64,000 nt of DNA, taken from NCBI GenBank assembly GCA_905178155.1, contig CAJINV010000004.1:1580784-1644783 (forward strand), in the 5' to 3' direction. Positions within the stretch are counted from its first letter, which is position 1. Each line of letters begins with the position of its first letter. Of this stretch, positions 23,453 to 36,797 are shown piece after piece. The DNA comes from Amoebophrya sp. A120 (taxonomy: Eukaryota > Protista > Dinoflagellata). Under the pieces are notes generated by a model. The model was not told the DNA's origin. It searched no databases and saw only the letters and a list, made by a program, of their open reading frames with translations. Made by a program: the position numbers and the translations under genes.

Positions 23453-24616
23453 AGACGTTTCTTGCAGATTCAATGAAAAATATGGATTATGCAAATTAGT
23501 TTGAGCATGAGCGGCGAACGAACAAGCATCACGACCATTCAAAGACTACAGTACGAACTACATGATCACATAGAAGTCACTGCTCGTCGTCTTCAGGAGA
23601 GCAACATGAACTTACTGAGTACGACCGCGATGTGTTTTTCTTTTTCCCGTCCATCTCTTGAAGAGTCAAATTGCTCTCTGGCGCCACTTTTTAAGTACTT
23701 CGCGCGGTGTTGCTGGTAGTATCCCCTCTATCCTGACAATGCGGTTACAAGCGACAAGCTCCAGCTCGTATGATGTAGTATACTCCTCGCAGGGATTTTT
23801 CTCCATCTCCATTATTAACGGCGTCGGTTCCGTTCATCCGTGTCTGTGATCGTGCGTTTGAAGCGCCACACCAAAGCCTGTGGAAGGCTATATTAACTAG
23901 AAAAATTTGCTCTTCGTTCGGTCAACTTTGACACTTTCGTTGCGGTTTCCAATATCTGTCCTGTGCTATATTTTGAGTCGGTATTTCTGTATCACTTTTT
24001 CTTGCAGTTCTCGTCGCGTTTTTATCGGTTATGTTTTGCTTTTGTCGTTGTATTATCGTTTTAAACCACCTGTCGTCCAGTCATTCATTCTTTTCGTTCA
24101 ACCACTACTCACTCGTGCACGAAGAAATGGAAGCGCTCGTCCACGTAGTCGTTCGTCTTTTGTCCTTTGGAGCATTAGCATGACCCCTTTGGGTTTGAAC
24201 ATCTTCACACGGTGCATCAAAAATCGTATTAGATAACAATAGAGGATTATACGACCAGTTCGCATTTTTTGTTTTCGACAGGCACTATATTCTAGCAACA
24301 CCCCGTCAACAATATTATATATCTCCTCACCTTTATATACTGCATGATCTGCGCATGGTCGTGCGCATTCTCCCCTGATCGTGATCGGCACCACACGCTC
24401 CTCGCACTGTTGCCATCACGCAGCAAGCATGATATTTTTACGGAGACGGACCGTCGAACAAGCGTTGCGCACAGTAGACGATTCTCATAGGTAGTTGTCA
24501 TGATTTTACTGCAATATGAAAATACTGCAAAGAAAAAATGACTAATTCTACGAGATAACATTAAGTGCAAGCGCTCCTTCTCAGAAATAGTTGCATTTGT
24601 CCGAAGAAAAGCTAAG

Positions 24617-27600
24617 ATGGGAAGCTCAACCGCCCTTCCCGACGAGTGCGGAGGTCGTTCGCCGTTCCAGGGCGATGCTCCACAACGGCCTTGCGTCGAC
24701 CTTCACAACAGCGCCGGGAAAAGAAACCCGTCGTCATCTTCCTTCCGGAGCCGGTATCACGAACACCGGGCCGCGACGGAGGTGAAGAACTCAAGACGAG
24801 GAGGAGGAATAAAACTTTGTTGGGCTGGTGCTCTAGTCGTACTTCGGAATTTCTACTGCGCAACAACGACTTCTACACTTCTCGCTCTAGTACATGTACA
24901 ACTCCCACGACCGGTTTTTGGTGTGACTGCAACATCTCCTACCGCGGCAAATGCCTCCTCCACGCGGTACTTTTTATCCGAATCACTGTGCAAATACGAC
25001 CAGCAGCTGGAGAACCGGGAGCAATGCGAGCAGGCGGCGACTAAGTTGCTGAACTGGAACCCGTCGGCGGTAAACACGCCGAGCCTCTACATCGCGAGCA
25101 AAGAGTATCAAATGTAAAAATGTCTGGGTCTGGAAGAGTCATGCTGTTTTTGCATGACACGGAAGGCCTGGCATGAAAGCTCTAGCATCACAGGTTTCGA
25201 AAAGCTTCCGCAATGCCGAATCCGCATGACAAATCCCCTATTTTGCTGAGAGAAAATGGGCAGCTTCTGCTACGTATGCATGAGAGACTTTTCTGTGTTC
25301 TGAAATATGCATTACAAGTTGCATTCTTCCAGACCCAGACATTTTTACATTTGATAAAGAGTGGCAACCGCTGAAAACCATGAACCGGGCCGGCTGCTTA
25401 TCCTGAGTAAAAACGTACCCACACCATAGTTGTCATGCAACTCTGCATGACTAAAATGTTTCTCATGCGGAGCCCCATGAGAAGCATTTTCTAATGCGGT
25501 TTTGAAATTTGTCATGCTCCAATCAGCACGAGATACTAGATCTGTAATGCTGCTAAACTAGCTCAAACAGCACTACACTACGCGGACAAACTTGTCATGC
25601 CAAACAACCAAAGCTGGCTAATTTGTCTAGCAGATTCCCCATCCTGACTCTGGTGTGGGTACGTTTTTACTCAGGATACTGCTGGTATGACCAGGGGACC
25701 AAGTTGCTGGTCTGGAAAGAGGAGGGAGACAAGCGGGATACCAGCGCGAACCACGGGGACTACCTCCTTTTGTGCAAGTCTGAGGACGGAGGTGGCCACG
25801 GGGGGCACCACGTCCCCGCTCTGTATTTCCTGTATCCTGAGTAAAAACGTACCCACACCAGAGTCAGGATGGGGATTTTGCAACACAAACCTAGGAGTTT
25901 TGTGAGTCACGCGTGACAACTTGCACTCTGCAGCGTAGTGCAGGTTAGCAAGTGCAGTCGCATCACAGATTCATCTGCTCATCCTGTTTACAGCATCACA
26001 AATTCCAAAACACGACTGGAAATGGCTCTCATAGGGATGCGCATTACAAGTCTTCCTGTCTTTGCAAATCTGCATTACAACTCTGGCGTGGGTACGTTTT
26101 TACTCAGGATATCCTGCTCGCCTTCGTTTTGGTCGCCATTCTGGGCTTATCAAATGTAAAAATGTCTGGGTCTGGAAGAATGCAACTTGTGATGCTGCAT
26201 TTGGATTCCAAAAAATAAAAAGTCTGTATTGCATGAGTACCAAAGGGAATGCATGCTTTTGCTACGCTGATAAGGCATTTGTCATGCGGAATAGGCATCA
26301 AGAAGCTCTCAAAAAATCTGTGATGCTAGGGTATGCATCACAGACATCATGGCTCATGCAAAACGTGCATGACGAATCTCGCAATCTTCCAGAGCCAGAC
26401 ATTTTTACAGTTGATAGGGCTCGCTGCTCGTCACCGCGCTCGACAAGTTCGTCTTCCACCACTTCTTGCCGCAGTCCCTGCTGCTGGTGCTGGTGGGGAT
26501 GCTGACCAACGTCCTGGGCCACCTCGCGCCGCCGCACGGGCACTTTGCGGAGATGATCCACGCCGTCAGCCACATCGACCCGCACGTCTTGTTTTGGGTG
26601 CTGCTGTATCAACCGCAAAAATGTCTGGGTCTGGAAGATTGCCAGGTTTGTCATGCATATTTTCCATCACCCACGATGTCTGTGATGCATGCCCTAGCAT
26701 CACAGATTCTGCGAGGGCTTTCTGATGCTCATACCGCATGAGAAATGCCCTCTCCGCGTAGCAAAAACCGGGCTTATTTTGCTCTTCACGCAATACAGTC
26801 TTTATGTAGAGTCCAGACGTAGCATTACATACAAGTTGTATCCTTCCAGATCCAGCGATTTTTGCGATGCATATGCTGCCTTTCCTGCTGTACGAGGACG
26901 GGTCCTCCGCAGACTGGCGCGTGCTGAAACCGGTGTTCTCGAACGCCGTCACGCTCGCGGTGCCCGGGGTGCTCATCTCCTTTCTCCTCCTGGGCGGGTG
27001 CATCAAGCTGTTGTTCAGCGACCCCCCGGGAGACGACGGGTGGACGTTGGAGTCCTGTTTGTTGCTGGCCGTGATTCTGTCCGCCACGGACCCGGTCGCC
27101 GTCGTGGGCGCGCTCAAGGTATCAAATGCAACTTGTCATGCTGAATCTGAAGCATGGAATAATCTGTGTTGCATGATTACCAAAAGTCGTTCAGTTTTGA
27201 CCAAGTCGGGAGGGAGTTTCTCATGCAGGATAAGCATAAGAGAGATCGCACAGAATCTGTCATGCTAGGTCCTGCATTCCAGACCTCATGGGTCATGGCA
27301 AAGCTGCATGACAAATCGCGCACTCTTCCAGACCCAGACATTTTTGCATTTGATACAAGGTGCTGGGCGCGCCCGCGCGGCTCACGCTGCTGATCGCCGG
27401 GGAGGCGTTGATGAACGACGCCACGTATCAAGTGCAAAAATCGATCTGGGTCTGGAAGGTTGCAGCTTGTGATGCTGTCTTTGGATTCCAAAAGAATCTG
27501 TATTGCATGACTAGCAAAAGGCGTCCAGTTATTTGTGCTACACGGGGAGAGCATTTCTCATGCGGTAGAAGTATCACAAAGCCCTCCAAAAATCTGTGAT

Positions 27601-30600
27601 GCTACGTCAAATATCACAGACATCATGGCTCATGGAAAATATGCATGACAAATCTAGAAATCTTCCAGACCCAGACACTTTATTTGCAGTTGATACCACG
27701 GCGGTGGTGTTTTTCCTCCTGTTTTTCGACATCGCCCGGGGCGTCAAGGACTTCACGATCGGGTACAGCCTGCTCACCTTCTCCCGGCTCGCCCTGGGCG
27801 GCCCGGTGATTGCGGTCGTGGGGATGCTGGTGGCCTACTTTGTGCTGTCGCGGGTGAAACACATCGACGCCCAGGTGTTCTTGTTCCTGATCGCGATCAT
27901 CGTGTTTGGCCTCTTCTTCGTGTCCGAGATGCACGAGATCCACGTGTCCGGGGTGCTCGCGGTGGTGGCCTTCGCGTTTTGGTACGCGGCGGTGGGCAAG
28001 GACCTGATTGCGGCGAACGGCGGGGAGCACCTGACGCACGCGCACCACCAGGTGGTGTCCTTCCTGGCCGGGGTGGCCAACGACTTCATTTTCTTCATCG
28101 CCGGCGTCGTGATGGCCCGGTACATTTTTTTCTCGGACATGCGGGTGCAGGACTGGCTGGAGCTTGGCCTTCTATACGTGCTCTGCCACTGCTGCCGCGG
28201 CCTCGCCATCCTGGTCCTGCTGCCCGTGCTCAACATCGGCGGCTACAGCGTCTCGCTGAAGGAGGCCCTGGTGTGCGTGGTCGGGGGGCTGCGCGGCGCG
28301 GTGGGGCTGGCCATGGCCCTGCTGGTGGAGCTGGACCAGTCGGAAGATCCGCTCCCCCTCGAGATCCGCCTGCGCATCGGGTTCCACGTGAGCGGCATCG
28401 CGCTCCTCACACTGTCGATCAACGGGGTGCTGTTCGGAAAAATCTACGACAAGCTGAAGATCTACCCGCCCGCGGAGCAACCGAACCAGCTGCTGATGCA
28501 GAAGTCGGCCCTGCTGGCCGAGGCGGTGGCGTACGAGCACGTGACGGAAATGCGGCACCACTGGCTCTTCAGCAACCTGGACGCGGACGCCGTGCTAAGG
28601 CTCACCCCGCGCGTCTCCGATATGCTCGAACAGGAAGCCAAGTCCACGGTTCTCGAGCAGCACGAGGTGGCGCGCAGCATCGTGACCACCGCGTTTGTAC
28701 CCACGACCACGGGCAGCGCCGCAACCTCGTCCGCGTCGATCGCGGAGCTGAAGCGGCAGCAGACCTTCAGCAAGGCCCAGCTCGCCGCGAAGAGGGCCTT
28801 CGAGAAGCGGCGGGCGCAGGCGGGCAAGGTGTCCACCATGACCGCGGCCCGCAAAACCTTGGACGCCAAGTCCACCGCCCGCGAGGGGGCCAAGTCGGTC
28901 AGCTTGCTCCGCCCCAAAACCATCGTGGAGGTGGTGCTGCAGCAAGCGCATGACGAGTTTCACGCGCCGGAGCACTACGAGTCGGTGTTCGCAACCATCG
29001 TCAAGGAGTGGGAGGTATGGGTTGCAAATATGTCTGGGTCTGGAAGAATACAAACTTGTGATGCGCATTTCAGAATACAGAAAAATTTCTCATGCATACG
29101 TAGCAAAAGCTGCCCACTTTCTGTCACCAAATTGGGGGATTTGTCATGCGGATTCGGCATTGTGGAAGCTTCTCGAAACCTGTGACGCTAGAGCTTCCAT
29201 TCCAGACCTTTTGTGTCATGCAAAAACAGCATGACTCTTCCAGACCCAGACATTTTTGCAGTTGATAGGAGGAGCACAGCTACGACTACGAGAAGTGGCG
29301 GGGGTTGACCTGCTTCCTGGTGCCCGGCCTGGATGAGTCCTTCATTGCGCGGCAGGCGCACGCCTCCAACTGGCTCACGGCGGAGTACGCCAGCAAGTCG
29401 CTGCGCACGCTGCTGACCGCTTTTCTGAACGCGGTCCACGCCGGGCTGGACCGCCTGAGGAAGCAGCGGTACCGCATGGGCACGTGGCCGGGGGCGCAGA
29501 TCGGGGAGGCCCTGATCTTCGCGAAGGAGGCCATGGAGGGCATCGTGCGGGCGGACCCCTGCCTGAAGCCGACGGCGAAAGTGATCGTAAACTATTTCCC
29601 CGACATGCCCCCAGAGATCTGGAAGCAGTCCGCGCAAACCCAAGCGGAGTGGGCCCTGGAGGTGGCGTTCTGCCGGCTGTACGCAGACATCTACGGTGCC
29701 GGGTTCGACCCTTCGGAGGTGGTGGACCACGAGAGTAGTACGAGCAGCAGTCGTTATAATGCCTCGCCACCGATGACCAGTCTGAGCAAGTTGAAAAAGC
29801 AGGAGGCCGGGGCACGGTCGATGCTGTTTTTCTGCCTCGTACTGGAGAACGCGCGGGCGCTGCTGCAGCCCGTGGTCTCCAACGACTACGCAGCGGAAGC
29901 GAGCAAACGCGCCTCCGAGTCGAGGAACAGCGGGATAAATGGTAGATACAACGACGGCGCGACGCGCGGATCGATAGACTCCCGGCGGACGGCACAAAGT
30001 ACAAGTTCTGGTGACAACTCTGGTTCCGCGGGGGCGCTGGTGTTGGGCGGCAGAGTGTTTTCCGAGTTGTTTTCCCGCAAAAGAAGTGGAACCAGCACGG
30101 GAGGATCTGGTGGTGCTTCCGCAGTTGCACCACCTCCCCCCGGAAAGAACAAAATTTCACCCGCCGAGGGTGTTGATGTGCTGGACGAGGAGGAGCTTGT
30201 TGGTGGAGAAGGCACGTCGGCTCCGAAAGTAGACCGCACTTCGCAGGACCGCGGGAACCTCACCGACAACAGCGAAGAGAACAACATAAATAGTAGTACG
30301 ATTCAGACCGAGGGGAGGCACCGGTTGCCCGCGTCGGGGTTGCTGCGGCAGGCGACTGCGAAGCTCCAGGAGGAGAAGGAAACCACGAAAATTGTCAGTG
30401 AGACGCTGGACCTCGCCGTGGAGAAGCTGGACGTGAGTCTGAAGCGGGTGCTGTTCGCCGCGCGCAGCTGCGTGATCAAGAACTGGATCGTATCCTTTGT
30501 AAAAACGTCCCCACACCATAGTTGTCATGCAAATCTGCATGCTTAAAATGTTTGTCATGCGGAGCCCCATGAGAAGCATTTTCTAATGGTGTTTTGAAAT

Positions 30601-32454
30601 TTGTCATGCTCCAACCAGCATGAGAGACTAGATCTGTAATGCTGCTGAACTAGCTCAAACAGCACTACACTACGCGTCCAAATTTGTCATGCGAAACAGC
30701 CAAAACTTGTGGATTTGTCTAGCCGATTCCCCATCTTGACTATGGGGTGGGTACGTTTTTACATAGGATAGATCGGGAAGTACCCCAAGGTGAGCCGCGT
30801 GTGGCTGCACTCGCTGGCCGCGCAGGGCATCGCGGAAGACATGTGGCACCAGCTGGAAATGTGCAAGGACTCCGGCCTGTTGACCGCCCAAGAACTCGGC
30901 TTGCTCGATATTACAGTGAAAAGTGCCCCCCACCCCAAAGTTGCAAAAATTTGTGATGCGAAGTTTCCAAATGAAAACTTTTTGTCATGCATGAAAGGAG
31001 TATGAATCTTTCTGATGCAGATTCTAGTCGTGTTTCGCATCGCTTACATGACAAGCACCGCTCTTGCTGGGATCTTTTGCAATACAAATTTTTGCTATTC
31101 ACGATCGGAAATCTGTGATGCTGATACATGCAAGAAAGCGAATGCTTCATTTGGAAAGGTTTGCAATACAAATGCTTTCAAGTTCGGGGGGGGGGGCATT
31201 TTTCATTGTAATACTCGACGCCAACGTGTTTCACCTGGTGCTGGACCATCTGGAAGCCTACAGCAACCTGGACCACTTGGACCATATTCTGCACCTCGAC
31301 CGTATTACAATGAAAAATGCCCCCACCCCCGAACTTGGGAGCATTTGTGTTGCAAACCTTTCCAAATGAAACATTCGCCCTCTTGCATCTATCAGCATCA
31401 CAGGTTTTCAGTCGTGAATAGCAAAAATTTGTATTGCAAAAGACCCCAGTAAGAGCGGCACTTGCCATGCAAGCTATGCGATACACGCCTACATTCTGCA
31501 TCAGAAAGATTCATACTCCTTTCATGCATGACAAAAAGTTTTCATTTGGAAACTTCGCATCACAAATTTTTGCAATTTAGGGGTGGGGGGCACTTTTCAC
31601 TGTGATAGACCGGGAAAGCAGTTCTAGAGCTGCTTTCGAGCAGCGCGGGCGGGAACAAGCGGGAGCGGAAGCGGTCGGGGGCACCAGCACGACATCATCG
31701 GCGCTGAAACAAGGAACAACAATACCAAATGACGCAGGTGCAGCATCATCCCCCGTGAGTAGCGCCCCGTCCACCCGACTCTCCGTTCCCACGACCCAGC
31801 ACCGACGCACCGTCAGCAAAGATGGCGGAAAGACGGAGGTTTCCATATCCTGAGTAAAAACGTACCCACACCAGAGTCAGGATGGGGATTTTGCAACACA
31901 AACCTAGGAGTTTTGTGAGTCACGCATGACAAGTTGCACTATGCAGCGTAGTGCAGGTTAGCAAGTGCAGCCGCATCACAGATTCATCTGCTCATCCTGT
32001 TCACAGCATCACAAATTCCAAATAAACACGATGGGATTGGCTCTCATGATGGGGATGCGCATTACAAGTCTGCCTGTCTTCGCAAATCTGCATTACAACT
32101 CTGGTGTGGGTACGTTTTTACTCAGGATATTCCACCCTGGCTGGGTCCATTCGGCCCGTGCAGTTTGACTTCTCCAAGGACAAGGAGCAGCGAGCCACAG
32201 TGCTGAAGATGCGGGAGCGAGTCTCCAAGAGCGTGAACAACCGAAAGTCTTGGCGGGGCGCGATCCAGCGAACCCGCAGCCTAATACGGTTGGGCGCGGC
32301 CAGTACGGTGCAGGCGACAACCTCGGGCGAGGAGGAACTACAGAATGAGAACGGCGAAGAAGTTCAAACAGGGCCAACCACGCAGGAGCCGGAGGCGGAA
32401 GCGAACCCGCTGCAAGCAGCGCTCGCGGAGGAGGAAGAAGTAGACGAGGAGTAA
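24617..32454 (+). CDS. Na+/H+ exchanger, CPA1 family (SOS1/NhaP-like), 12 introner introns
   Basis: Joined exons give IDPHVLFWVLLPFLLYE, ILSATDPVAVVGAL, LIAGEALMNDATAVV, VSGVLAVV, GGLRGAVGLAMAL and multiple TM helices. Confidence 0.92.
25106..25356. mobile_element. Introner, family A
   Basis: TIRs; DR aagag. Confidence 0.94.
25399..25678. mobile_element. Introner, family B
   Basis: TIRs; DR ctgct. Confidence 0.94.
25833..26111. mobile_element. Introner, family B
   Basis: TIRs; DR tcctg; near-identical to 31846-32129. Confidence 0.94.
26148..26416. mobile_element. Introner, family A
   Basis: TIRs; DR gggct. Confidence 0.94.
26607..26873. mobile_element. Introner, family A
   Basis: TIRs; DR tgctg. 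Confidence 0.93.
27120..27355. mobile_element. Introner, family A, left TIR largely deleted
   Basis: DR caagg; left end reads tatcaaatgcaacttgtc, lacking tgtctgggtctgga. Confidence 0.9.
27426..27695. mobile_element. Introner, family A
   Basis: TIRs; DR ccacg; splits NDAT|AVV. Confidence 0.93.
29016..29267. mobile_element. Introner, family A
   Basis: TIRs; DR ggagg. Confidence 0.94.
30491..30770. mobile_element. Introner, family B
   Basis: TIRs; DR gatcg. Confidence 0.94.
30909..31213. mobile_element. Introner, family D (tattaca.tgaaaa.tgccccc)
   Basis: TIRs; DR ctcga. Confidence 0.94.
31303..31607. mobile_element. Introner, family D, inverted copy of 30909-31213
   Basis: TIRs; DR gaccg. 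Confidence 0.94.
31846..32129. mobile_element. Introner, family B
   Basis: TIRs; DR ttcca. Confidence 0.94.
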
Positions 32455-33760
32455 GTAGGTTCCTAGTAGTGCTGCGTTCATATAATTTGCCTACCCAAAA
32501 AATTTTATTTGCAAAGCAAATTTGTTCAATCTGTTATCCTTATCGGCGACTCAACGTCGACGGCTGTCATTTGGACTCGTTGCAAACGGAGGAACAGGAA
32601 CTTCGTCCTCGAAGTAGACTACGACCCGATCGACGATTTTTGGATAGCACAAGCACACCTTGAACTGCATGGCAAACAATGTCTGTAATTGATCGATTCT
32701 ACATATTTCTGTTGTGTGATAGTGATGTGTCGTGTGTGCTTTGAATGTCAAGTACCTCTTAAGATGCCTATTAAGCATGATCGCTTGACTGAAAATACAA
32801 ATAGCTCCACCCAGGCAGGCGAAATAGATGCGAATCGACAATGCTGGAGATGGTCCCCGGTTTCTATTCACGAATTTATGCAATGAAGCATTCCCCATGT
32901 TGCTGGAAGTGATATTGATCCCCCAAATCATTCCTAGTTAGACCACAGCAGCTAAGTACTGCAGTTTCATCGTGCAACGGTGGAAGATCATCGCCACGAG
33001 GAGCAACTTTTACAGGCTCCATGTTTCATTGCCTTCAAAGGTCGAGAATCGCTTCTGATGACCCTTGATGTTCTTCTGGAACTTAAAAAAAAAAACGGCT
33101 GCGTTCCTTTTCCCGTACACGTTGTCGTGAAATAAGTAAGACGGGCCGTTTCAGTTCCATCCCAGAATTCCCATATTTGACTTTTGGATGTGTAGTGTTG
33201 CCCGACAAGAAATCATTATCATACTTACATGATGATCTTGACGAAGACAAAGACATCGGAGCTGCTGCCAATCGCTCTTTATGAATTGTGGCTGTACTAT
33301 TGTTGCACCCACGACTATTGATGTCGATCTATCTTCTTCGTTCCCCATACCTTTAGCTCTTTCTTGGCGTGCCACTTTTTTGCCGCAAGAGAGGGGACAA
33401 CTTCTATGGATACTAACCAACGGGTGTAGCTGCATATTGTGAAATAGATCTACCCGCAGCTCCACCTGGGTACTATATTCATGCAGAAGTAGAGCGAGGA
33501 CGCAGAGGATAGCAAAAATGCAGAATAACAATCCGCCCCGCAACTATACTTTTTTTCTACTAAACTACTCGTTTACAACTTCGTGCAGCTGCTGCTTGTT
33601 TTGGATATACAAGACCTCCGGGACTTTATTTTTCAATCTATGATTGAAGTTGAAGACGTCGTCTAGATTTCCGTTTCGGTTTTTGTGGCTTGATTGTGAA
33701 ACGCAAACATTACTGCAGCCGTGTAGTTATACGTATATATAATTTAAGAAAAAGAAATTC

Positions 33761-36700
33761 ATGATGATGCAGCACCTTCACCAACGTCCACCACGCGGCT
33801 CCCACCGTACAGCTAGAAGAACTCCGGCACAATTAGTATGGCTCGCGTTCTTAGTACAAAAATCCTACCTGCTTGCCATTCTACCTTGGGAGATCTTCAC
33901 CGCGCGGGGAGTGCGAGTGCCAGTGGTCGACGAAGGGAAGATGAACGGCGGAGCACTGAGAGGTCACACTCCGAATGATCTGGAGGACGGTGGTTGTCGC
34001 CTCGTCGGTCCTGCCGACGACTCGACGCTTCGTTTCGAGTCCAAAGAAGCTTTGGTGGCGCAGCTGAGTTACTTGCTGGCAATGGAGGGTGAAGAAGATC
34101 AGGGACGGGCGCCGGGGATATCCTTTTATAATTTGGATGCTTTTAGTTTGGACAAAAGTGCAAATACTGGCCCACCTCCTCTTGAGCACGTTACTAGTAC
34201 TTGTCATGGTTCGGAGAGCAAGAAGTCCATGTTGGAGGACGACAAATCATGCAAGGAGCTACGACATGGAGTTGCAGGATCCCAGCCAGCTACAAGAACA
34301 TCTGCTTCCCCCGCGGCCACAAGTAGACCAACCACAGAGGTGGGTCGTGACAGGAAATTTTGGTGCAAACACGCAACCATCCTCGCCGGGAAGATTCTCG
34401 CGGCACCACTGTGCGCTCTGGGCCTGGTCCCGCTGGCACACGCCTGCCCCGCCTGGGGATGCACGCAGGCCACGTGCCCGGCCACCGCTGCCGCACTGCA
34501 CGCCCAGAATTGTGTCCTCCCGTGCGGGGGCTACAAGATGACCGGTCCGTGCTTGGCAGGCGTGATGGCCGCACAGAACACTTGCGTGGAGGCCACCGCC
34601 CTCGGCGCCCAGGCCCGCGAGTTCGCCCCGAAAGCGTGGGCGTTACGGAAAAAATTGCTGACGGACAGCGACGAGGTGGAACTACGACAAAGAGCAGGAC
34701 GGAAAATAAACGGAATAGAGGACAAAGACGAATCGAGAACGAGATCACCCGGCCACGACCCTTCTCCCGATCATGAGCCATTGGGGACGAGTTGTATCCT
34801 GAGTGAAAACCACGCTCTCCGTGCGCCATAGTACTCAAGTATAGGGACCACGTGGCTACACAAATAAGCCAGAAGCTTTGGGACTCCCACAGGACAAGTT
34901 ATTGGCTGTTTTGTTGTAAGTGAAGGTTCGCTGCAAGAAGGACAACCGCAACCGGATCAGAAAGCGATCTCCTCAACATCCTGTTTACAGCATTACAGAT
35001 TCCAAAAAACGAGAACTGAAAGTGCTTCCCATGGGGATGCCGCGCATTACAAGTGTAGTTCCTGTAAAATAATAATTTGCAAATCTGCAGGACGAGAACT
35101 ATGGGGCGGGGACTTTTTTGCTCAGGATAAGAACGAGAAACAAGCTGAAGTCCTTCGAGGAATTCCTACAGCGCCGCTTTCAACTTGAATTTCTAGGCGA
35201 GCGAGACCCGACAGGAGCCGCGATAGTAGAGATTGGCAGAGGTGGTGGAGTACCGGGACCTCGTTGTAGTGCTCCACTGCAACAAGAAATGCTGCTGGGT
35301 CCACCTCACAAGCAGCAAGATGAAGCACCAGCGGCAGCTGCTCGCGTCGGAGAACGTAGTTCACGAGAAAATAAATCTGCGCCTTTGAAGATGTCCTCCG
35401 ACAGTGTTGGAGGAGGTGTGGGAGTACTATCCTGTAGAAAAAGCACTTTTACATCTACATCTACCCTCCGCACGAAAGACCGCGTGTACGACCGCATTCT
35501 CAGAAGCGTGGATAAACAAAATCTCCCTTACCTGCAGCGCGAAAGCTACTACTTGCAGAAAAGAAATGCTCGCGCCGGTTCCCGTAGTACTAGCTTCGAA
35601 GATTCTACTGGAGCTGAAATTGGTATAGTGCCAAGGGAGATGGAAATGAATCGAGATCGTGCGAAGATGGAAATAAACCCAGCACTGGGAAATATAGCAA
35701 ATACGATGAACACGACGAGGACAAGCTGTATGAACCCCGGCGAGAGCACCGACATCAACGCCGTAGCTGTAACGCCGCCGGCGCAGCAGAGCATGACCAC
35801 ATTTTTGCACAGCGCGCCAGCATCCTCGCACCTGTCCGCTGATCATGTCCCCTACGCGGTCGGGGACACTTCTACGCAAGAGTTTTCGCAAGGCGCATTG
35901 ACGGCCAACAGTGAACAAATAGACGGTGGGCTCAGCTTACCCACATCAACCATTTTCGCTAGAAGTGCCTCGTCTGTGTTTGAATTTCCCACCATTCCGC
36001 ATCCACCCGGTGTGGACGCAGCGGATGAAGGCGCGGATAGTACTACAACACGGGGAAACGCCGAGTCGTTTTCTGCTGGTGCAGGAGATGTGCAAGAACA
36101 CCCGGCTACACAAACGGGGTCGTTGAACCACGACCAGGCGCACCATCCCACAGCCTCAGCGGATGCGGGTGGGCTACGTCTTGGAAGGAATAAAGTAGAA
36201 GTAGAACCAGTAGGCGCAGGCGATCTTTTTGCAGCTGCTTCTTGTGCTGCGGAAGATGTCGCACATCATCCTGTGCAGCTTTTTTTCGCGGATGATTCAT
36301 GCAGCGGCTCTTGTTCTTCTTTGCGAGGAGCAAAATTATCGACGACGCTCTCTGCGGCAAGTGGAGCAGCAGAAAAATCACGGTCGCAAGAAGCTGCTGG
36401 TGCTGCGGCAGCAGCCACAGCTGCCCCCGGGGGCGGCGCACGCCCCCCGGCACCAAGTTGTGTCGATTGGCAGAAGGAGATACACGCCCACTGGGCCTCG
36501 CTCACCCTGGTCGAGAAAACCCGGGCTGTTCTCGAGGCCAATGCCTTGATCGAAAAGCGCGCGCAGGCGAATATGGCCTTGGGAAACGCGTGGATGCTGC
36601 CAGCAGTGCGGGGCGAGAACAACGAGGACCTTGGGGCGGTCGACCGAAATGCTGCAAGACCCACTAGTACTCGTTGTTGTCCACCTCTACAACGAGCAGC

Positions 36701-36797
36701 GAAGAAGAAGACGGGAGAAACAGAAAGCAAGGACATCATCACGAAAACGAGCAACCTCAGTGTTACTCCCATAACGCACCCCCTTGCTCACAAATGA
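33761..36797 (+). CDS. Hypothetical Cys-rich/low-complexity protein, 5' part, cut at about 36763 by a 5.1-kb insertion
   Basis: ORFs 33761 and 35118 join in frame across introner 34795-35129; the last codons run into the insertion. Confidence 0.55.
34795..35129. mobile_element. Introner, family B, diverged
   Basis: tatcctgag...ctcaggata; degenerate DR agttg/agaac. Confidence 0.82.

Noticed and set aside
27680-30579. Long antisense and alternate-frame ORFs over the exchanger gene
   Set aside because: Shadow ORFs caused by high GC3 in the real CDS
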